Shown: piece after piece, positions 8,170-17,886 of the stretch
Numbering within the stretch: position 1 is the stretch's first letter
Layout of the letters: every line of letters starts with the position of its first letter
Assembly: GCA_018066225.1 (NCBI GenBank)
Contig: JAGHRU010000052.1
Coordinates: 1-51,608 of the forward strand
Direction of reading: 5' to 3'
DNA from: Candidatus Equimonas enterica
GTDB taxonomy: Bacteria > Bacteroidota > Bacteroidia > Bacteroidales > Bacteroidaceae
DNA: 51,608 bases
Program-made: the position numbers and the translations under genes
Notes under the pieces: model-generated
What the model was told of the DNA's origin: nothing
Databases searched by the model: none
What the model saw: only the letters and a program-made list of their open reading frames with translations

Positions 8170-8898
8170 TTAGGCCTCGGGAGCCATGTTGGTATATACC
8201 GTCTGCACGTCGTCGAAGTCTTCGAGACGCTCCACCATCTTGTCGATGGTCTCACGCTGCTCGGCAGTGACTTCCTTGAGGTCGTTGGGGATGTAGGTGA
8301 ACTCACCGCCGACATCCTCGTAGCCTTTCTCTTCGAGGAACTTCTGTATCTCGCTGTAACTCTTGGGGTCGCCATAGATGGTCAGCGTACCTTCTTCCGC
8401 GTCTTCCTCATACTCGTCTTCTACGCCGAGGTCGATGACTTCGAGGATGAACTCGTCCATATCGAGGTCGGCAGGCTTCTTGAAAGTAAAGACGCACTTG
8501 TGGTCGAAGAGGAAAGCAAGGCTACCCGAGGTGCCCATGTTGCCGCTGAACTTATTGAACACGCTGCGCACATCGCCCACGGTACGGGTGGGATTGTCGG
8601 TGAGGGTATCGACGAAGATGGCGATGCCGTGAGGACCATAGCCCTCGTATGTGCGTGTTTCATAACTGCTCTGATCCTTGCCTTGTGCATTCTTGATGGC
8701 GCGGTCGATGTTGTCCTTCGGCATGTTCTCGCGCTTGCAGACAGCGATGATGCTACGCAGCGAGGGGTTCATGTCGGGATCGGGGCCACCAGCCTTAACG
8801 GCGATGGCTATCTGCTTGCCCAGACGCGTGAAGGTCTTGGCCATGTGCCCCCAACGCTTCAACTTGGCGGCTTTGCGGTATTCAAATGCTCTTCCCAT
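8170..8898 (-). CDS. YebC/PmpR family protein
   Basis: MGRAFEYRK, YEGYGPHG, TDNPTRT, LEDFDDVQTVYTN. Confidence 0.95.
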   Translation of the reverse strand: MGRAFEYRKAAKLKRWGHMAKTFTRLGKQIAIAVKAGGPDPDMNPSLRSIIAVCKRENMPKDNIDRAIKNAQGKDQSSYETRTYEGYGPHGIAIFVDTLTDNPTRTVGDVRSVFNKFSGNMGTSGSLAFLFDHKCVFTFKKPADLDMDEFILEVIDLGVEDEYEEDAEEGTLTIYGDPKSYSEIQKFLEEKGYEDVGGEFTYIPNDLKEVTAEQRETIDKMVERLEDFDDVQTVYTNMAPEA

Positions 8899-9004
8899 GG
8901 GTATTGTGTTTTGAGTTTGTTGATTATGGATAGGTTGTTAATAGATGCTGTGGTGGAGGGTTGCTTGGCTGCGCCGTGGTATGCCTCGCCGTGACGCAGA
9001 AGGT

Positions 9005-11510
9005 CTAACGCTGCTCTGCGCCAAGGTTTTTGACAAGGGCTGCGAGTATCTTCTGCATGATGGCGTCGGTCTGCTTGTCGTTCATCGTCTTGTTCTCATC
9101 CTGCAAGGTGAACTTGACGGCGTAGCTCTTCTTGCCCTCTGGCAGATGCTTGCCTTCATATACGTCGAAGAGCACGACGTCGCGCAGGAGTTTGCGCTCC
9201 GTCTTCTCGGCGATGTCGCGGATTTGCTGGAAGGTCACGGACTTATCGACCAAGAGTGCCAAGTCGCGGCGCACGAAGGGGTACTTGCTGAGCTCCTTGT
9301 ACGACACATCCTTGCGGCTGAGGCGGCGCATCAGTGCTGTCCAGTCGAAGTCGGCGAAATACACTTCCTGCTCTATGCCGAAAGTTGCGGCTATGTTCTT
9401 TTTCACGATGCCCAGTTCCAGCATCTTCTTACCGCTACGGTCGGTCATCATGAGGCTGCGGCTCATCAGATCGTTATCGCCGTCAGTGGTGATGAACTGC
9501 TGGGTGTTGATGCCCAGACGGCGCAGGATGTTTTGTACGTGGGCTTTGAGTTCGTAGAAGTTGGTGCCCTCGTCGGGGTGAGCCCAGTTGCTTTCCACGC
9601 GTTTTCCCGTCACCCAAAGGCTGAGGTGCGTAGCCTCGCTGTAGCAGGCCAAGACGCGTTTGTCGCCATGCTGGGCGGCCTCCTCCGTGAGGTCGGTAGC
9701 GCGGCGGGAGGCATCGTAGCGGTAGCAGCCGCCAAACTCGAAGAGGTGGAGGTTGCCAGCCTTACGCTTGACATTGCGCGCGATGCTTTCGAGGCCGCCG
9801 AAGAGCAAGGTCTGGCGCATCACCGAGAGTTCGCCGCTAAGCGGATTGAGCAGGCGTACCAAGTGCTCGGGAGCGTAGGTCTGACTCCGTGTAGTAACTT
9901 TCGCGCGTGAGAGAGTTGCAGAGTATCTCGTGGAAACCGCCACCGACGAGTTGCTCACTTACGAGGTTTTGCAACTTATTGCTGCGGTCGGCATCGCCTT
10001 TGATGGTAAGCGTGGAGGTGAGGGTGGTGGGGATTTCTACATTGTTGTAGCCGTAGATGCGCAGGATGTCTTCGACAACGTCGCACGGACGTTGCACATC
10101 GACGCGATAGGCTGGTACGCGGAGCGTAAGTCCTTTGGCCGTCTCTGCTGTGATCTCCATCTCCAAGGAACGACAGATGCCCTTGATGGTTTCTGGCGCG
10201 AGGTGCTTGCCGATGAGCTCGTCGGCATATTGGTAGTCGAGCGTGACCTCAAAGTGCTTGGGCAGTGCAGCGTCGCTGACGCTCACTTCGGCTATGTCCA
10301 TCGCGATAGTGCCGCCTGCCAAAGTCTTGGCCAGCATAGCGGCTTGCTGCAAAGCGTAGCGCTGGCCGTCGGGGTCTATGCCGCGCTCGAAGCGGAAAGA
10401 GGCATCGGTGGAAAGACCATGGCGACGTGCCGACTTGCGCACCCATGTCGGGTGGAAATATGCGCTCTCAAAGAGAATGTCGGTTGTGGTGTCGTAGGTG
10501 CCGCTACCCTTGCCGCCGAGCACGCCAGCGATGCACATCGGCTCCTCGGCATTGCAGATGACGAGATCGTGGTCGGAGAGTTTGTGCTCCACACCGTCGT
10601 GGGTGACGAAAGGAGTGCCCTCTGCCATGGTCTTGACGACCACCTTGCCGCCTTTGACCATAGCAGCGTCAAAGCAGTGCAAGGGCTGGCCGTAAGCCAT
10701 CATGATGTAGTTGGTAATATCGACGATATTGTTGATGGGGCGCAGACCTATGGCGTTGAGTCGGTCTTGCAGCCACTTGGGCGAAGGAGCGACGTGGCAG
10801 CCTTTGACGGTGACGGCCAGATAGCGCGGACACGCCTCCTGGTTTTCTACCACGACATCGACGGGCAGGTCGTGGTTATCTACCTTGAAGTCCTCTGTGC
10901 TGGGGCGATGCAGCGCAGTTTTGATGTCACGCGCGGTGAGGTAGGCGTAGAGGTCGCGTGCCACACCATAGTGGGAGCAGGCATCGGCGCGGTTGGGGGT
11001 GATATCTACTTCGATGAGGTAGTCGCTTTCGAGGCCAAAGTATTGTGCTGCGGGCATACCTGTGGGCGTGTCTTCGGGCAGCACCATGATGCCATCGTGG
11101 GAGGTGCCGACGCCGATTTCGTCCTCAGCGCATATCATGCCGTTGGAGACTACGCCGCGCAGCTTGGAGCGCTTGATGCAAAACTCCTTGTCGCCGTCGT
11201 AAAGCGTCGTGCCGAGGGTGGCCACGATGACTTTCTGTCCAGCGGCCACATTGGGCGCACCGCAGACGATTTGGGTCGGATCATTGCCGTCGGCGAAGTC
11301 CACGGTCGTGATGTGCATGTGGTCGCTGTCGGGATGCGGCTCGCAGGTGAGAACATGACCCACTACAAGGCCTTTGAGCCCGCCGCGTATGGTTTGTACT
11401 TCCTCTATGCCGTCCACCTCCAAGCCGATAGAGGTGAGGGCATCGGCTACTTCTTGGGCTGTGAGGTCGAAATCGACGTACTCTTTCAGCCATTTGTAGG
11501 ATATATTCAT
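9005..11510 (-). CDS. pheT: Phenylalanine--tRNA ligase beta subunit, apparent frameshift near 9885
   Basis: ORF 9837-11510 gives the N-terminal part (ITPNRADACSHYGVARD, RFERG, VPAYRVDV); ORF 9005-9958 continues with LLNPLS and the FDX-ACB domain (RRDLAL, DVYEGK). Confidence 0.93.
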
Positions 11511-11537
11511 AATGATGTGCTATACAAAATTTGCGCG

Positions 11538-11625
11538 CAAAGTTACAAAATTCCCGCGAAAGTGCCAAGCATTGTCGCTTTTTTGGCCTGAAATTTGGCA
11601 AATTACGGAGATAGCGGTAACTTTG
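11538..11625. promoter_or_regulatory. Divergent Bacteroidetes promoters
   Basis: TAACTTTG on minus strand (11538-11545) and on plus strand (11618-11625, with TTTG at 11594-11597). Confidence 0.7.
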
Positions 11626-11651
11626 CGGCGGCAAATCATGTTTGTTATCCT

Positions 11652-12815
11652 ATGAAGCACCTATTTCTATCCCGTCTTGTCTTGGTTGTACTATTGGGCT
11701 TCGGAGTTTTCTCCGAGGCGGTCTGTGTGGCGCGTGCTGCGCTGACGCAGCCTGCGCAGCCTACCGTGCGTGTGAGCGTCGTTCTGCCTTTCGGCGCAAA
11801 GGGCGTGGAGGGGAGTCGCAGCGTGGAGTTCTACCGTGGCTTCTTAATGGCGGTGGATGTGGTCAAGCAGCGCGGCATCAATGTCTGCGTCAATGCCTAC
11901 GACGAGGGTACGCCACGCACCGACATTGCGCCTATCTTGGAGCGCGTGTCGGCCACGCACCCCGACCTGCTGATAGCGCCAGTCTATCCGTCTCATTTTG
12001 AGAGCGTTTCGGCTTTCGCTACGCGCGCTACCTTGCCCACGGCCGTGCCGTTCTCCTCGCGCATATCCCAGATTACCAGCAATCCCTTCTTGGTAGCCCT
12101 CAACGCGCCCGAGACCTTCCGCTCGCAAGCCGCTGTGGATCTTGTGGCCAAGAACTTCGGCAAATCGGGGCAAATCATTGTGGTGCAGACCGCCGAGGCT
12201 TCGGAGCGTGACTTCACCGATGCGCTGAGTGCAGAGATGCGGCAGCAGGGCTATGCGGTGGCCACCCTGCCGCAGAGTTTCACCACTGCTGAGTTGCAGC
12301 AGGTCGTCCGAGCAGGTGTGCCCAATCTGATTATCCCCGACGCCAGTGAGGTGGAGGTGATGCGTGCGCTTGCCGAGCGTGTCCGCCTCTATCGCACAGC
12401 CCACAGCGCAGACAACATCGCGCTACTGGGCTATCCCGAATGGGGGGGCGAAGCAGCGCGCAACGCGGCAGTGCTCCACGAGGCCAACACCTACATCCTC
12501 ACGCCGTCCTTCTACAACACTTACGACGTGTGCACGCGCAACCTCGAAGCCGACTACAAAATCGCCTTTGGCAGTGTGCCTACTGACATGACGCCGCGCC
12601 TTTTCCTCTTGGGCTATGACTTCGGACTCTATGCCCTCGTGGGCATCGCCGAAGGTGGTGCTACGTTTTGGGGCAGCAAGACACCAGCGGTAGCGCAGTT
12701 GCAGACCGACTTCCGCTTTGCGCGTCCATCGGCAGGCTGTGGCTTCGTCAATACCTGTATGTGGATGTTGCACTACAAGACAGATCGCTCTATCGACAAA
12801 ATATCCAGAATTTGA
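11652..12815 (+). CDS. Type 1 periplasmic-binding-fold protein (ABC substrate-binding-like)
   Basis: Signal peptide; VVLPF...VEFYRGFLMAVD...AYD, LLGYPEW, LGYD. Confidence 0.75.
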   Translation: MKHLFLSRLVLVVLLGFGVFSEAVCVARAALTQPAQPTVRVSVVLPFGAKGVEGSRSVEFYRGFLMAVDVVKQRGINVCVNAYDEGTPRTDIAPILERVSATHPDLLIAPVYPSHFESVSAFATRATLPTAVPFSSRISQITSNPFLVALNAPETFRSQAAVDLVAKNFGKSGQIIVVQTAEASERDFTDALSAEMRQQGYAVATLPQSFTTAELQQVVRAGVPNLIIPDASEVEVMRALAERVRLYRTAHSADNIALLGYPEWGGEAARNAAVLHEANTYILTPSFYNTYDVCTRNLEADYKIAFGSVPTDMTPRLFLLGYDFGLYALVGIAEGGATFWGSKTPAVAQLQTDFRFARPSAGCGFVNTCMWMLHYKTDRSIDKISRI

Positions 12816-12838
12816 CCGACCTCCAACGCTTATCTTCT

Positions 12839-13543
12839 ATGCGTCGTTTCCTACTCCTGCTTACGATAGCCTTCCCGCTCTCTTGCCTTGCGCAAATTGG
12901 TGAACCCCGCAGTCAGTTGTCGCTTGGCGGTGGGGTTGGCGTGGCGTTGAGCAAGGTGTCGTTTTCGCCCAGCGTCGTGCAGTCTTACCACACCGCACCT
13001 TACGGCGGCCTCACTGTGCGCTACACTTGCGAGAAGTACTTCTCGCTGATATGTGCCCTACAAGCCGAGTTCAACTATGGCGTGATGGGCTGGACGGAGC
13101 ACTGCATGAGCAGTGCCAACGTGCCCCTGCCCGATACTTACAGCCGCCACATCCACTACTTGCAGGTGCCGCTGCTGGCGCATCTGGGGCTCGGACGCGA
13201 GCAACAGGGCTTTATGGGCTATCTGTTGCTGGGGCCGCAAGTCGGCTTTGCGCTGGGCGATAGCGAAAGCCGCAGCAGCGTGTGGACGCTCGATGAAGCG
13301 GGGCATCCCGATCGCCTTAATGGCCGCTATGCGCAGTATGACCTGCCCTTGAAGCATAAGTTCGACTACGGCATCACGGGTGGTCTCGGGGTGCAATACT
13401 CCACGGGTACAGGACATTTCCTGCTCGAAGGCCGCTACTATTTTGGCCTTTCCGACCTCTTCGGTGCGGCCAAGGGCGATGCTTTCTCGCGCTCTTCCAT
13501 GAGTACGATATACATTCGCGCGGCTTATCTTTTCGACATTTAG
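12839..13543 (+). CDS. Outer-membrane beta-barrel (porin/PorT-like family) protein
   Basis: Signal peptide, amphipathic strands, YLQVPLL, FDYGITGG, EGRYYFGL, aromatic C-terminus. Confidence 0.8.
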   Translation: MRRFLLLLTIAFPLSCLAQIGEPRSQLSLGGGVGVALSKVSFSPSVVQSYHTAPYGGLTVRYTCEKYFSLICALQAEFNYGVMGWTEHCMSSANVPLPDTYSRHIHYLQVPLLAHLGLGREQQGFMGYLLLGPQVGFALGDSESRSSVWTLDEAGHPDRLNGRYAQYDLPLKHKFDYGITGGLGVQYSTGTGHFLLEGRYYFGLSDLFGAAKGDAFSRSSMSTIYIRAAYLFDI

Positions 13544-13560
13544 CCTTGCGCTTTTTCCGC

Positions 13561-13637
13561 TCTGGGCGGAGCGGGAAAACTATCTGCCCTCATCGTTTTA
13601 CCTATCTGCGCAGACAGGTGAAACGATGAGGGCAGAT
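13561..13637. repeat. 22-bp-period repeat cluster forming a near-perfect ~56-bp palindrome between convergent genes
   Basis: Cores at 13561, 13583, 13605, 13627; ATCTGCCCTCATCGTTT...AAACGATGAGGGCAGAT centred on TCTGCGCAGA. Confidence 0.85.
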
Positions 13638-13667
13638 GCTTATATAGGGCTGCCGTGAGGCGGTAGC

Positions 13668-15182
13668 CTACTTCACAAGATACTTCTTGCCGCCTTGGAT
13701 ATACAGTCCGGGTTGCTTGGCGGCTTCACGCGCAAAGCGTCGTCCCCAGAGGTCGTAGGCTTCGCGTGCAGCGTCGGTCTGCGTGGGCAGGGCGATGCCA
13801 GTGTTGCCTACGGGCGAGATGACAACGCCCAGCAGGAGTTCCAAGTGATAGACCTCCGTGGTGCTGGCATTGATGATGAGGTAGTTCATCTCTTCTGGCT
13901 CGGTGAAGATGCCCGTGGCAGGGTCATAGACGAGGATGAAGTCGCTGTATAGCGGGGTGCCGCTGATGATATCCACGCCGCCGAGCCAGATGGGATATTC
14001 TTCGCCGTAGAGGCCGAGAAACTGGTTCTTAGGGAAGACGACGACATTGCCCGTCTTTTGCCCTTTGGCCCAGATGTCGCAGAAGTCGGCCGACAAGCCC
14101 ATCATCCACACCTCGTCACCGTCGAAGCAGACTTCCACGTACTGCTCCACCTCGGCGTCCGTCTCGTAGTCTCTGGCACGCAGGGTGTAGCGCAGGTGGT
14201 CGAGACCTGCGGGCGGCTCACTGGTGATCATGACGGGCGACTGCGGGCTGTAAGGCGCGATGGTGACGTCCGTGAAATAGACGAAAGGCATGGGCGTCTC
14301 GTAGCCGCAGTTGATGACGAAGGTGTCGTCGTCGGGCATGGTGAGCGTGTTGGTGGCCGCATCGTAGCGGAAGGTTAGCGGCTTTATCTCGCCGACTTCG
14401 TCGATGGTGCAGGCATAGAGGTCGTAGAGGCCGTTGTAGTTACCGAGGTATTGCACGGCATCGACCGTAGCCACGCCGTCTTGGACGTTGGCACGCACCC
14501 AGCCATCGGGGCAAGCCAGCGCGAGGCCGCGCACGTAGAGTTCATCGCCTACGGTGCCCACCTCTACGGTGTAGTGCGTCGGGATGTTGGCCACATGCTT
14601 TTCGTCGTACTGATAGCCGTGGAGTTCGCAGGTCTTGGTGGTCATACCCGTGGGCGGTGTCACCAGCGGATCGTCGCCAGCGATGGCCTCGGGGAGGATA
14701 TAGACTTCGTTGAGCAGATAGTCGTAGATATAGGACACTTGCGAGGGGTCGCGCGTGAGGAGTATCCAGTTGCTCGTCGTAGTCGAGAAAGCCTTGGTAG
14801 TGGGGTCGTAGTTCATGGTGAGCCCCGACACATCGCCCGTGCCCGTATCTGCGCCGAGGAGGTACTGCGGTACGGCGTCGAAGCCTACGGTGTGGGTGCC
14901 TAAATACTGCGGTGTGTCGAAGGTAGCGGAATAGTCGTCGATTTCGGCCTTGACCCAAGCCTCGGGGAGTGTGGGCGAGAGGCCTTGGAGGTAGGCGGTC
15001 TGGCCGTCAAACATCACCTTGACATTTTGACGAATAGCCTTTTCGCCATACGAGACGGCCGTCATCACGTAGTCGCGCTGGGTAAGCCCTGCGGGCGGCG
15101 TGAGCACTTCATTTTGCGCTGCCATAGGGAGCGAAAACAGGAAGAGGGCAATCAAGCATTGCCATTTTGAGAGCAAATTCAT
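13668..15182 (-). CDS. Secreted protein with three ~150-aa internal repeats and T9SS C-terminal signal
   Basis: Repeats PPxG...V.V..(D/V)G....GL......W......Q(Y/F)LG; CTD YDLWGRR...PGLYIQGGKKYLVK. Confidence 0.8.
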   Translation of the reverse strand: MNLLSKWQCLIALFLFSLPMAAQNEVLTPPAGLTQRDYVMTAVSYGEKAIRQNVKVMFDGQTAYLQGLSPTLPEAWVKAEIDDYSATFDTPQYLGTHTVGFDAVPQYLLGADTGTGDVSGLTMNYDPTTKAFSTTTSNWILLTRDPSQVSYIYDYLLNEVYILPEAIAGDDPLVTPPTGMTTKTCELHGYQYDEKHVANIPTHYTVEVGTVGDELYVRGLALACPDGWVRANVQDGVATVDAVQYLGNYNGLYDLYACTIDEVGEIKPLTFRYDAATNTLTMPDDDTFVINCGYETPMPFVYFTDVTIAPYSPQSPVMITSEPPAGLDHLRYTLRARDYETDAEVEQYVEVCFDGDEVWMMGLSADFCDIWAKGQKTGNVVVFPKNQFLGLYGEEYPIWLGGVDIISGTPLYSDFILVYDPATGIFTEPEEMNYLIINASTTEVYHLELLLGVVISPVGNTGIALPTQTDAAREAYDLWGRRFAREAAKQPGLYIQGGKKYLVK

Positions 15183-15202
15183 AGCGTTATGCGTTGTATG
15201 GA

Positions 15203-17548
15203 TTATTGGTTGAGTATTTTGCGTGTGCCGTCAAGGCTGATGCCGTGCTGCATCGAGCCTATGCGTCGTCCCCAGAGGTCGTAGCGTGTGGCACGCTCTG
15301 CCGTCGTGGTGAGGCCGTTTACGCCAGAAACGCTGGTCACGGTGAAGGGAATGTAGGTCAAGGTGCGCGGCAGCACCATCGTGCTCGTCTGGTAGCGGAT
15401 GAGCAAGTCGTAGTCGCGTGGCGCGAGCAGCGAGAGGTCGAAGTCGGCGCGCAGCGTATAGGTGTCGTCGGCATCTATATGTGCTTTCACTGCGTCGGCC
15501 GCCAAGAAGATTTCGCTCAGGCGGTTGGGATTGACGATTTGCACAGTCAGCGTCACCTCGCCGGCGTCGCCAGCGTTGTAAATTGGTGCTTCGAGCGTGA
15601 GCGTGTCGTCGCAGTACATGGCGTCGGAGGCGTTGGTAAGGGGGGCATCAGCCAGACTGATTTGCATCTCCCCGCCTTCGCCGGCTTCGCCGATCTGCAC
15701 CTTGATGCCATAACTGCCGCTGCCATCACCAAGCGGCATAGGGGTGTAGTCGTAGTAGTAGCCCAAGTATTCGTAGGCCACGGCGCAGAGGTAAGTGCCT
15801 GCTGCGGGGAGAGCGCAGTCGAAGGTGAAGGTGGCGTCCTCGCCCTTTGGCACAAGGCAGAGTTGGTAGTCGGAGTATTGCAGCAGGTTTTCGCCCTTGG
15901 CGTCGTAGATAAACAGGTAGAGCGGCGCGAAATACTCGCGGTTGGGGTCACCCTTTATGGTGGCGGTGAACTTGCCGCGTCCGCTCGGCGTGAGCGTTCC
16001 TTCGGGGGCGAGTGTGGCGAGTCGCATCTGATAGACGCTGTCGGTGGGTATGCCGACGCGAAGGAAGCCGTCAGTGTCGCGGTAGGAAACAAGGCAACAC
16101 GGCGAGCCGTCGCGGCCTTCGGCACGGTGCCACTGCTCATCGCCTTCTACGCGATAGACGATGTCGAAGATGAGACCTACCTTGTTGAGCCCACCGCCAA
16201 GGTCAATAGACCAAGCGCGTGTGCCGCTATAGCCCGCCTTGCATGCCGTCCTGAGCGCAGCGTTCATGGGATCGACGACGAGCGTCTCGCCGTCTCTCAC
16301 GCGCAGCGCCATGTAGCCGTCGAAGTCGGTTGCCGTAGGGTTGGTGACTTCGGCGTAGATGGCATCACCTTCTTCGTCGGTCTGCGCCCATATCTGCTCG
16401 TAGTGCAACGCAAGGATTGCCGGTGTCTCTGCGCCGCCCTCATCGGGACGGATGCCCACGATGGCGTTTTGCATAAAGGCGTATCCGCCACCGTTGCCGC
16501 CGATGCCTTGTGAGCGTGGCGTGAGGTCGGTGAGGAGGTATTCGCCATTGGCCGTGCCGTTCCAGCCCCAGTTGATGTGAAACAGTCCGTCGCCGCGATA
16601 GCCATCGACCACGAAGGCGTGGCCGCCGCCAGCATTGCAGCCGCTCAGATAGACGGGACGCCCAGCGGCGAGTTCGTCGTAGAGCATATCGGCCCACGCC
16701 TCGCAGGAGTAGTTGCCATGGTCTTCGAGGCGCAGCGATTTGTCGTAGCCAAAGTTGTATTTCAAGGCTTGCGCAGCGCGGAAGTCTTGCGTGCTGCTGC
16801 TGGCGGGCGTGAAGTCAGTCTGCATGGCTGCTGCCACGTCATAGACCAGCGTGGCTACCGCCGTCGCTTCCTCTGCGCCGTAGTCTTGGTAGATGTAGTT
16901 GGGCAGGATGTGTGCCCAGTCGTAGGTGTGCGCACCGAGGTCATCGCTTACATCGATGCCGTAGGTGCTGGTGGTGTAGGCCACGGTGCCCGTGCCCTGT
17001 GCAGGGTACTTGTGGTAGCGCATGATTTGCGCCACGGCGATGGCGGCACAGCCCGCGTAGGTGGGGTAGTCGTAGCCCTGATAGCGATAGCGCGGACAGA
17101 GGTTGTTGAAAGGCGCGTCTTGCGTCCATACGATTTCGTCCAGCAACGGTGCTATTTCGGCCTTCTCCGCAGCGCGTGGCGCGGCGCGCAAATCGCGCAC
17201 TTCGCCGAGCCATTGCCGCAGCGCAGGCGGCAGGTTGTCAGCGTCGAAGTCGCCCGTACTCACGATGCCCAGCACAGCGGGCTGTCGGTCGTCGGCTGCG
17301 GCAAAGATGTAGCCGTCTTCGGGGCAGGAAAATACATAGCACGAAGGCTGTGTGTCGCTCTGACCAAGCGTGGCCACATAGGTCAGCAGCGTCGCATCGG
17401 GGGCTGCGGGCAGGCGCAGTGCACCTCGGCCAGAGAGGTAGTTCATGGCGCGTCGTGCGGCCGCTTCTTGAGGGAGAATGTCGGCTTTGGCTGCTGTGAG
17501 GCTTGTGGCCATCAGCAGCAGGAAACACAGGAGTCGGGTGATTTTCAT
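15203..17548 (-). CDS. C10 family (streptopain-like) cysteine protease with prodomain and T9SS signal
   Basis: WTQDAPFN, AGCAAIAVAQIM (Cys), GHAFVVDGY (His), HINWGWNG; prodomain AADDR; YDLWGRR. Confidence 0.92.
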   Translation of the reverse strand: MKITRLLCFLLLMATSLTAAKADILPQEAAARRAMNYLSGRGALRLPAAPDATLLTYVATLGQSDTQPSCYVFSCPEDGYIFAAADDRQPAVLGIVSTGDFDADNLPPALRQWLGEVRDLRAAPRAAEKAEIAPLLDEIVWTQDAPFNNLCPRYRYQGYDYPTYAGCAAIAVAQIMRYHKYPAQGTGTVAYTTSTYGIDVSDDLGAHTYDWAHILPNYIYQDYGAEEATAVATLVYDVAAAMQTDFTPASSSTQDFRAAQALKYNFGYDKSLRLEDHGNYSCEAWADMLYDELAAGRPVYLSGCNAGGGHAFVVDGYRGDGLFHINWGWNGTANGEYLLTDLTPRSQGIGGNGGGYAFMQNAIVGIRPDEGGAETPAILALHYEQIWAQTDEEGDAIYAEVTNPTATDFDGYMALRVRDGETLVVDPMNAALRTACKAGYSGTRAWSIDLGGGLNKVGLIFDIVYRVEGDEQWHRAEGRDGSPCCLVSYRDTDGFLRVGIPTDSVYQMRLATLAPEGTLTPSGRGKFTATIKGDPNREYFAPLYLFIYDAKGENLLQYSDYQLCLVPKGEDATFTFDCALPAAGTYLCAVAYEYLGYYYDYTPMPLGDGSGSYGIKVQIGEAGEGGEMQISLADAPLTNASDAMYCDDTLTLEAPIYNAGDAGEVTLTVQIVNPNRLSEIFLAADAVKAHIDADDTYTLRADFDLSLLAPRDYDLLIRYQTSTMVLPRTLTYIPFTVTSVSGVNGLTTTAERATRYDLWGRRIGSMQHGISLDGTRKILNQ

Positions 17549-17588
17549 TTTTCTTTCGGCTGTGTGGGTTTGACTAATTTTGTGCCCG

Positions 17589-17620
17589 CAAATTTACGAA
17601 AATTCCTCAACATGAGCAAA
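17589..17620 (-). promoter_or_regulatory. Promoter for the C10 protease operon
   Basis: TAAATTTG (17589-17596) and TTTG (17617-17620), 20-bp spacer. Confidence 0.65.
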
Positions 17621-17708
17621 AAATAGGCAGATTATTTCGCTTTTGTGCTGTGTGCGTGTGTCGCCATATAGGCATAGGTGGCGGTTCGTGTCGAGGGGCT
17701 AATGACAA

Positions 17709-17784
17709 TCTGGGCAGATAGGTGAAACGGTCTGCCCAGATAGTTTTCACGCTCTGCCCAGACAGTTTTCACCGTCTGCCCTTG
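17709..17784. repeat. 22-bp-period TCTGSSCAGA repeat cluster
   Basis: Cores at 17709, 17731, 17753, 17775; linkers TAGGTGAAACGG, TAGTTTTCACGC, CAGTTTTCACCG. Confidence 0.9.
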
Positions 17785-17810
17785 TCAGTTTGTGTCGCTT
17801 ACCACAAGGC

Positions 17811-17854
17811 AAAAAACAACCCGCCAACGTAGCGGGATGCTACGGGCGGGTTGT
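17811..17854 (-). terminator. Intrinsic terminator after icd
   Basis: ACAACCCGCC/GGCGGGTTGT stem with T-run on minus strand. Confidence 0.8.
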
Positions 17855-17886
17855 GCTTTATTATGGGTAAGTCCCTTGTGCTTGAC

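Noticed and set aside
17709-17784. 22-bp repeats as a CRISPR array
   Set aside because: Linkers are only 12 bp and similar to one another; cores are 10 bp; no cas genes in the window
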